From assembly GCA_043797815.1 (NCBI GenBank), contig JAZDPG010000063.1, forward strand, positions 226,406-290,405: 64,000 bases of DNA, read 5' to 3'. The translations under genes and the position numbers were made by a program. This DNA comes from Bacteroidota bacterium (GTDB taxonomy: Bacteria; Bacteroidota; Bacteroidia; Bacteroidales; GCA-2748055). Positions 59,801-64,000 of the stretch are shown here, one piece after another (position 1 is the first letter of the stretch; each line of letters starts with the position of its first letter). The notes under the pieces were generated by a model. That model worked only from the letters and a program-made list of their open reading frames with translations, ran no database searches and was not told the DNA's origin.

Positions 59801-60004
59801 ATGAAGATTACTTACTTCAAAGATACCGATACGCTACTGGTTAATTTCAACGACAATGAGATTGCCCTTACCCAAGATCTGAACGAAAACGTTCTGGTGG
59901 AGATGGACAAAAACGGTGTCATGGTCTCAATGACCATTGAACATGCACAACATCAGACAGAGATTCAAAGCTTCTCTTTCAATCAGGTAGATAAAGCGGT
60001 ATAA
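59801..60004 (+). CDS. DUF2283-like protein (putative antitoxin component)
   Basis: The ATG at 59801 gives MKITYFKDTDTLLVNFND…VLVEMDKNGVMVSMTIEHA, the DUF2283 pattern. The track start at 59774 is probably too early. Confidence 0.55.
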   Translation: MKITYFKDTDTLLVNFNDNEIALTQDLNENVLVEMDKNGVMVSMTIEHAQHQTEIQSFSFNQVDKAV

Positions 60005-60034
60005 AAAAGCCCCAGAGGATTCCGAGACTTTTCG

Positions 60035-60460
60035 CTATGGGTATGTTATTGTCCAGTCCAGCCTGTCAAGGTCATCTAAACTAAGATCATACCTTTTTAA
60101 TATTAGGTGTTGAGAAATCACTGTATCCCAAGGTGTTGACTCTAATGTCTGTGTGTCAAACACATAAACCATAAATGTGTCAGAAGCAATTAGATCTTTG
60201 TATATTATCTCAATACAATCCCTACCACCCAAAACATTATTATTAGTCTCGTGGGGCTGAACTTTCGTGAAATTCGGATTTAATATAGGATTTGGTTGGA
60301 TCGTGAAGCTTAAAGTATCTGGGTACTCTGTAGAAGATGTCACATACAACGATGTTTCTGTTTGATTGAGGAATGTAATTGTTTTATGGCAATCATCTTC
60401 TTCATTACCACACGACTGACTAATCGCCAAGAAGGCTGCAAGAACATATAATAATCTCAT
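60035..60460 (-). CDS. Putative immunity lipoprotein (paralog of 62939-63367)
   Basis: 141 aa. Signal/lipobox (LAAFLAISQSC). It starts 14 nt after the toxin ORF stop. Its C-terminus LKRYDLSLDDLDRLDWTITYP is almost identical to that of the second copy. Confidence 0.6.
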   Translation of the reverse strand: MRLLYVLAAFLAISQSCGNEEDDCHKTITFLNQTETSLYVTSSTEYPDTLSFTIQPNPILNPNFTKVQPHETNNNVLGGRDCIEIIYKDLIASDTFMVYVFDTQTLESTPWDTVISQHLILKRYDLSLDDLDRLDWTITYP

Positions 60461-60474
60461 TTTATCACTTTTTG

Positions 60475-61635
60475 TTAGTACTGATGGTTTTGTATGATAG
60501 CATCCAAAATCCCAGACAACAGAATATTTGGACCGAGTAAATAATCATACCAGCTTAATCTAAGTCGTCCAACATCTAGTACAGCTTGATTTGCAGGATC
60601 ATTGAATCCTAATCGTCTATTATAACCTGTTATAGGATTACCATACCCGCTTGAAAAATCCCAGCCAGAATAACCAGGAATGTACTTATTGAAGTAAGAA
60701 AATGCTCTAATATTAGCATCTTGCTCTGTTGGATGTAGACTATGAGCAGTCCCCTCTTTGCTTGTCGCACTCGGGATGCCATATTTTGATAAGTAGAATA
60801 AGCCAGAGGTCTGACTTTGAAGATAATGACCAAATTCATGTTGGAACAGACTATTATTAGGATCAGCGATCAATCCATCAGATCCAATAATATAACTACC
60901 AAGTGTTATCCCAAAATAATCATTAGTGTATGATTCAATAGCTGTGGCTCCACCGTAATATGAGACGCTTTTTATACCTCCTAAGAAGCCGTGTATTTGC
61001 GAACTAGAGTACCCTAAGCTCGTTTGTGGGTTTTGCCAAGTAAACCTTGAAACAACTTGTATGAACTGGCTGAAATCCCCTCCGAGATTCTCGTCTACTT
61101 GAAATAAACCTTTAGAAATATTCCAGGAATCATTCATCCGTTTGGATGCTTCGTCAAATCCACCTTGAAGTCCATTTCTATTGGATAATCCAGTAACAAA
61201 ACCAAATGTTCCAGCGATTGAAGCATCTGCAATATTTGTTGCAACAATGGTTTCTACTGTTCCAGGAGGAATAATCCCCAGTCCCATGGCAGCCAATGCC
61301 CAGTGCCACCATTTTTCACCTGTGGGATCGGTATAGATGAGTGGGTTATTGAGGGCATAAGTGTACCAGTAAAGCCCCTCTGAGGTCGTACATGCGCAAT
61401 ATAGAACCCCGTTTTCTTCGTATACATGCAAGTATACAGGCTCCTCTATCTTTTCTTCAAAGACAGGTTCCTGCATTACAAAATAATCGTATTGCTGCGG
61501 TTCAGAAGAGGAGTACTGGGATTCGCTGAACATCAGCTTAAAGTTAAATTTTTTCTTTTCAGTTGAGTGATTTTCAGTTGAAAAGAAAATAACAGGAGTG
61601 AGCTTGTCCCCCGCAGTTTCTGGCACATTCCACAC
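60475..61635 (-). CDS. Orphan polymorphic-toxin C-terminal module (RHS-core tail + HExxH domain)
   Basis: It contains LYWYTYALNNPLIYTDPTGE (the end of an RHS-type repeat-associated core), a hydrophobic segment, and then a domain with FQHEFGHYLQ. The ORF opens right after an in-frame TGA and has only a GTG at 61635. The first in-frame ATG codons are internal. AT-rich. Confidence 0.6.
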   Translation of the reverse strand: MWNVPETAGDKLTPVIFFSTENHSTEKKKFNFKLMFSESQYSSSEPQQYDYFVMQEPVFEEKIEEPVYLHVYEENGVLYCACTTSEGLYWYTYALNNPLIYTDPTGEKWWHWALAAMGLGIIPPGTVETIVATNIADASIAGTFGFVTGLSNRNGLQGGFDEASKRMNDSWNISKGLFQVDENLGGDFSQFIQVVSRFTWQNPQTSLGYSSSQIHGFLGGIKSVSYYGGATAIESYTNDYFGITLGSYIIGSDGLIADPNNSLFQHEFGHYLQSQTSGLFYLSKYGIPSATSKEGTAHSLHPTEQDANIRAFSYFNKYIPGYSGWDFSSGYGNPITGYNRRLGFNDPANQAVLDVGRLRLSWYDYLLGPNILLSGILDAIIQNHQY

Positions 61636-61639
61636 CCTT

Positions 61640-62220
61640 CACCGGTAGTTGAACATCTGTGCCTTGGAACATAACCAGCCTTAACAATGGATTAGGCACC
61701 TGTTCAAGCCGTGGGAGGGCAAGTGTCAAGGTTCCCCGCCAGGGGACCCTTCAGGGCTTGACCTTGACTGTGGGAGGAGCTGGCTTATCTTGCCGGATCC
61801 GGTTTTAAGGCGTTTCTGAGATTGGTGGTTGCAGTTTTTATACAGGATACATCGTAGGTTTCTAGCGCACTGGCTTCACTGGCTATTTAGCATAATAGCC
61901 TTATAGGGCACGGGCTGGGGGTTAGCAGTGTTTTCTTTGGATCTTAGGCCATTGTGTTTCTTGTAGAAGCGGGTAGATTGATACGTGGCCCTATAAGAAG
62001 CTGTTATGTCAACATAGCTTGGGGGCGCCTTTGCCGGCAGGAAGGCTTGCAGCTCTTTGTAAAGTATTTGGTTCCGGCGTTAGCCTGTGTGGCTTTACAA
62101 TGTGCTGCAACCAGGGCAGGCGAGGCAAAGCGCCAGAAGGGCGGGGTGCGGAACAAAATAAAAGACCGGGCGAGCCTTAAGCGAAGTGAGAGGCGGGGAT
62201 TTTGTTTTGTGGGGAAGGAT
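61640..62220. other. GC-rich, ORF-free, hairpin-dense spacer (candidate structured RNA or decayed core remnant)
   Basis: No credible ORF in six frames. Multiple helices were read directly from the sequence (see findings). The composition contrasts with the AT-rich flanks. Confidence 0.4.
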
Positions 62221-62223
62221 CTC

Positions 62224-62520
62224 CTAGTAGGGCAACTTTCCTGGATCCTGCCGGTTGTCCCAGAATACAATCAATTGAAGTTCCTTTTTTCTCGGCCTTA
62301 CCCGGTAGTACAGTGTATTCTGCTTGGTGACTAAACCCTTTCTGATGTTCTTCTTTTTCCTGGATTCCTCGAACATCTCAGGGTTTTGCTTGATCTGTTC
62401 CAGCAGATGATCAACCTCGCTTATGAAGTTTTGGATTTCTTTTTCTGTCCAGACTTTTTCCAGGTGTTCAAGGACCTTAAAATATGTACGTCTGGCTGTG
62501 GGTGTCCAGAGGATCTCCAT
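62224..62520 (-). CDS. RelE/ParE-family type II toxin
   Basis: 98 aa. MEILWTPTARRTYFKVLEHLEKVW…LYYRVRPRKKELQLIVFWDNRQDP is the typical Bacteroidota RelE/ParE pattern. The start shares a base with the upstream antitoxin stop (TAATG). Confidence 0.75.
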   Translation of the reverse strand: MEILWTPTARRTYFKVLEHLEKVWTEKEIQNFISEVDHLLEQIKQNPEMFEESRKKKNIRKGLVTKQNTLYYRVRPRKKELQLIVFWDNRQDPGKLPY

Positions 62521-62771
62521 TAGTCCAGCTTGTATTTTGCCCGGACCTTTTCCATCACTTCCTCATGGGGTATCAGCTCGCCACGATCCGCCTCGGCAAG
62601 ACCTTCTTCGATAGCTGTCCTTTCAGCGTCACTGATCTCATCCCACCAGTCGGCTCCTTTCTCTTTTTTAAATACCGCCTCTACCTTCGCCAGTACGGAA
62701 GGTTTTTCGGTATTCAGGATCATTTGGACCAGCTCCAGTTTTTTTGCCTGTAGATTCATGATTGCTTTCAT
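62520..62771 (-). CDS. Antitoxin partner of the RelE/ParE toxin
   Basis: 83 aa, an acidic helical protein (…WWDEISDAERTAIEEGLAEADRGELIPHEEVMEKV…). Translationally coupled to the toxin. Confidence 0.65.
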   Translation of the reverse strand: MKAIMNLQAKKLELVQMILNTEKPSVLAKVEAVFKKEKGADWWDEISDAERTAIEEGLAEADRGELIPHEEVMEKVRAKYKLD

Positions 62772-62779
62772 TAGTTATA

Positions 62780-62787
62780 CAAATTTA
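62780..62787 (-). promoter_or_regulatory. Candidate Bacteroidota -7 promoter element (TAAATTTG) for the toxin-antitoxin operon
   Basis: The minus strand reads TAAATTTG, matching the TAnnTTTG -7 consensus. It ends 8 nt before the antitoxin ATG, which implies a very short or absent leader. Confidence 0.3.
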
Positions 62788-62938
62788 ACGATTAATCTCC
62801 ATTTATGGTTTTCTATCCAGGTGTCGCATTTTGCGATACCATGTCTATACCAGTAAAGCAAAATCACCACCAATACTTCAAAGTACCCCAATTGTATCCC
62901 TTTCAAAGAACGCAACACAATGTATTGACTCTTATACT

Positions 62939-63367
62939 TTATGGATAGGTTATAGTCCAATCCATTCGCTCAAGATCATCATAGCTTAGGTCATAACGTT
63001 TGAGAACCTTATAACCATTTCTTACTTCTTCCCAAGAATACTTATTCAATGTATCCGTAATGAAGACAAAAACAGAAATTGTATCCTTGGGAAGCATTGA
63101 ATAAACATCTTCCCATTTATTTCCGCTGCCCGCAATATGGGTTGATTTTGGTAAAACATCGTATATGACATACTCATCTGTTTGAGGTAAAGTAGTATCT
63201 GGATACTCTGTACCCTTTTCACCCCCTAAAGCAAGATACCAGCTTGTCGAAAAGGTAGTATTGTTTTCTAAATATAAAGGATAGTCCTTTTCTAAACAAC
63301 AATCGCACAGAAAGACTATAACTGGAAATAAGAAGAAAATAAGCAATTTAAACATATATCGTTTCAT
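62939..63367 (-). CDS. Putative immunity protein (paralog of 60035-60460)
   Basis: 142 aa. Signal peptide with Cys cluster (FFLFPVIVFLCDCC). It starts 10 nt after the restored toxin stop. C-terminus LKRYDLSYDDLERMDWTITYP. Confidence 0.6.
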   Translation of the reverse strand: MKRYMFKLLIFFLFPVIVFLCDCCLEKDYPLYLENNTTFSTSWYLALGGEKGTEYPDTTLPQTDEYVIYDVLPKSTHIAGSGNKWEDVYSMLPKDTISVFVFITDTLNKYSWEEVRNGYKVLKRYDLSYDDLERMDWTITYP

Positions 63368-63377
63368 GTTAGATGGA

Positions 63378-64000
63378 TTAACGGGTAGTAGGATATCTTT
63401 TAAATTTTGTCCAGTCTATGCCATAATACTCTTCAAAATAATCAGCCGCATTCCGATTCGCATTTAGTTCATACCACTTTAGTATATGGGAAGTTATGTA
63501 ATAGGGCTCTCCAGCTACAGGTCCTGAATTACTGGCACTTATCAGGCTGGGTAACCCTATAAAAATAAATATGACATACCAAAAGACCGGCTATCAAATG
63601 TATGTCCATATTCATGCATATAGAGAGGATCAGAGATCACATGATTCTCAAATTCTCCTTCAATCTCATCGTCCGTATTGATATTAATGTAATTCCCAAT
63701 TGATATCCCATTTCGTCCAGACTGATTTTCTCTTGTAGAGAAGGTTGCTCCCCCGAAATAATCAACCCGGTCGACATGGCCAAACATGTTTCTAGCATGA
63801 GTATAGGTTCGCCCTAATTCAGTTTGAAGATGTTCCCAGGTAAATCGTGAAAACAGTTGCCACGCTTGTTCTCCATCACTTCTGTTAGGATCTGTTTGAA
63901 AAAGTCCTAAATCAATATCCATGGCTTGTTGAAACTTGCTATTTGCCTCGTAATAGTTATCGTTGAAAAGAACATTAAAATATTGAACTGTATAGCCCAA
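63378..64000 (-). pseudogene. HExxH polymorphic-toxin gene tip, interrupted by a 1-nt deletion (continues beyond the window)
   Basis: The frame ending at TAG 63557-63559 reads …YMHEYGHTFDSRSFGMSYLFL*. The next frame (stop at 63378-63380) reads GLPSLISASNSG…WYELNANRNAADYFEEYYG…, which aligns with the paralog's …YGIPSATS…TEQDANIRAFSYF…. One missing base in a TAY codon explains the break. Confidence 0.65.

Noticed and set aside
61640-62334. Track ORFs 61954-62334 (+) and 62004-62270 (-); also identification of the spacer as a group II intron, tmRNA, RNase P RNA, SRP RNA or tRNA
   Set aside because: The two ORFs overlap on opposite strands, run into the RelE gene, and give Arg/Cys/Gly-rich nonsense. 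No domain V (AGC…GNRA hairpin), T-arm/CCA end, GAGGAAAGTCCGGGC-type P4 sequence or SRP GGAA motif was found. A GTGCG at 62146 has no downstream intron body.
62775-62960. 61-aa minus-strand ORF between the antitoxin and the second immunity gene
   Set aside because: It overlaps the 3' end of the immunity gene frame region and the toxin-antitoxin promoter. It has no signal of conservation or motif. It is AT-rich DNA with a chance open frame.

Overview
This is a chromosomal segment of a Bacteroidota bacterium. The phylum call rests on gliding and type IX secretion (T9SS) genes (gldG-like, gldH, porX, a SprE/PorW-like TPR lipoprotein), a CarboxypepD_reg-type TonB-dependent receptor, and a flexixanthin-type carotenoid cluster. 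From 1 to about 58.9 kb the window is tightly packed core genome. It holds heat-shock genes (clpB, hsp20), an arginine -> agmatine -> putrescine operon with a deoxyhypusine-synthase-like gene, pgk, holB, ricT, trmB, apbC and nifU-like. It also holds tsaE, alanine dehydrogenase family, waaA, B12-dependent nrdJ, an ECF sigma/anti-sigma pair, kbl-tdh, divergent carotenoid operons (crtI-crtB-crtYcd and crtD-cruF-crtW), gltX, tcdA, folB, glnS and mscS. After mscS (about 58.9 kb) the DNA turns visibly AT-rich and accessory. That block contains an N-terminally short HTH gene, a DUF4258/DUF2283 pair, and a RelE/ParE toxin-antitoxin pair. It also contains two paralogous HExxH toxin + lipoprotein-immunity cassettes: one is an orphan module carrying only the tail of an RHS-type core, and the other is broken by a 1-nt deletion and runs off the window. 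An unexplained GC-rich, hairpin-dense, ORF-free segment of about 580 bp sits between the cassettes. Other points worth a second look are a 15-unit heptanucleotide tandem repeat between ald and a lipoprotein gene, an untracked 56-aa CWC cysteine-rich ORF overlapping the folB stop, and TGACA-type repeats in the divergent clpB/hsp20 promoter region. I saw no rRNA, tRNA, CRISPR array, transposase or integrase in the window. I cannot show that any of this is a truly new system. The toxin/immunity array and its GC-rich spacer are the best candidates. All family assignments come from reading motifs and from memory of families, not from database searches.
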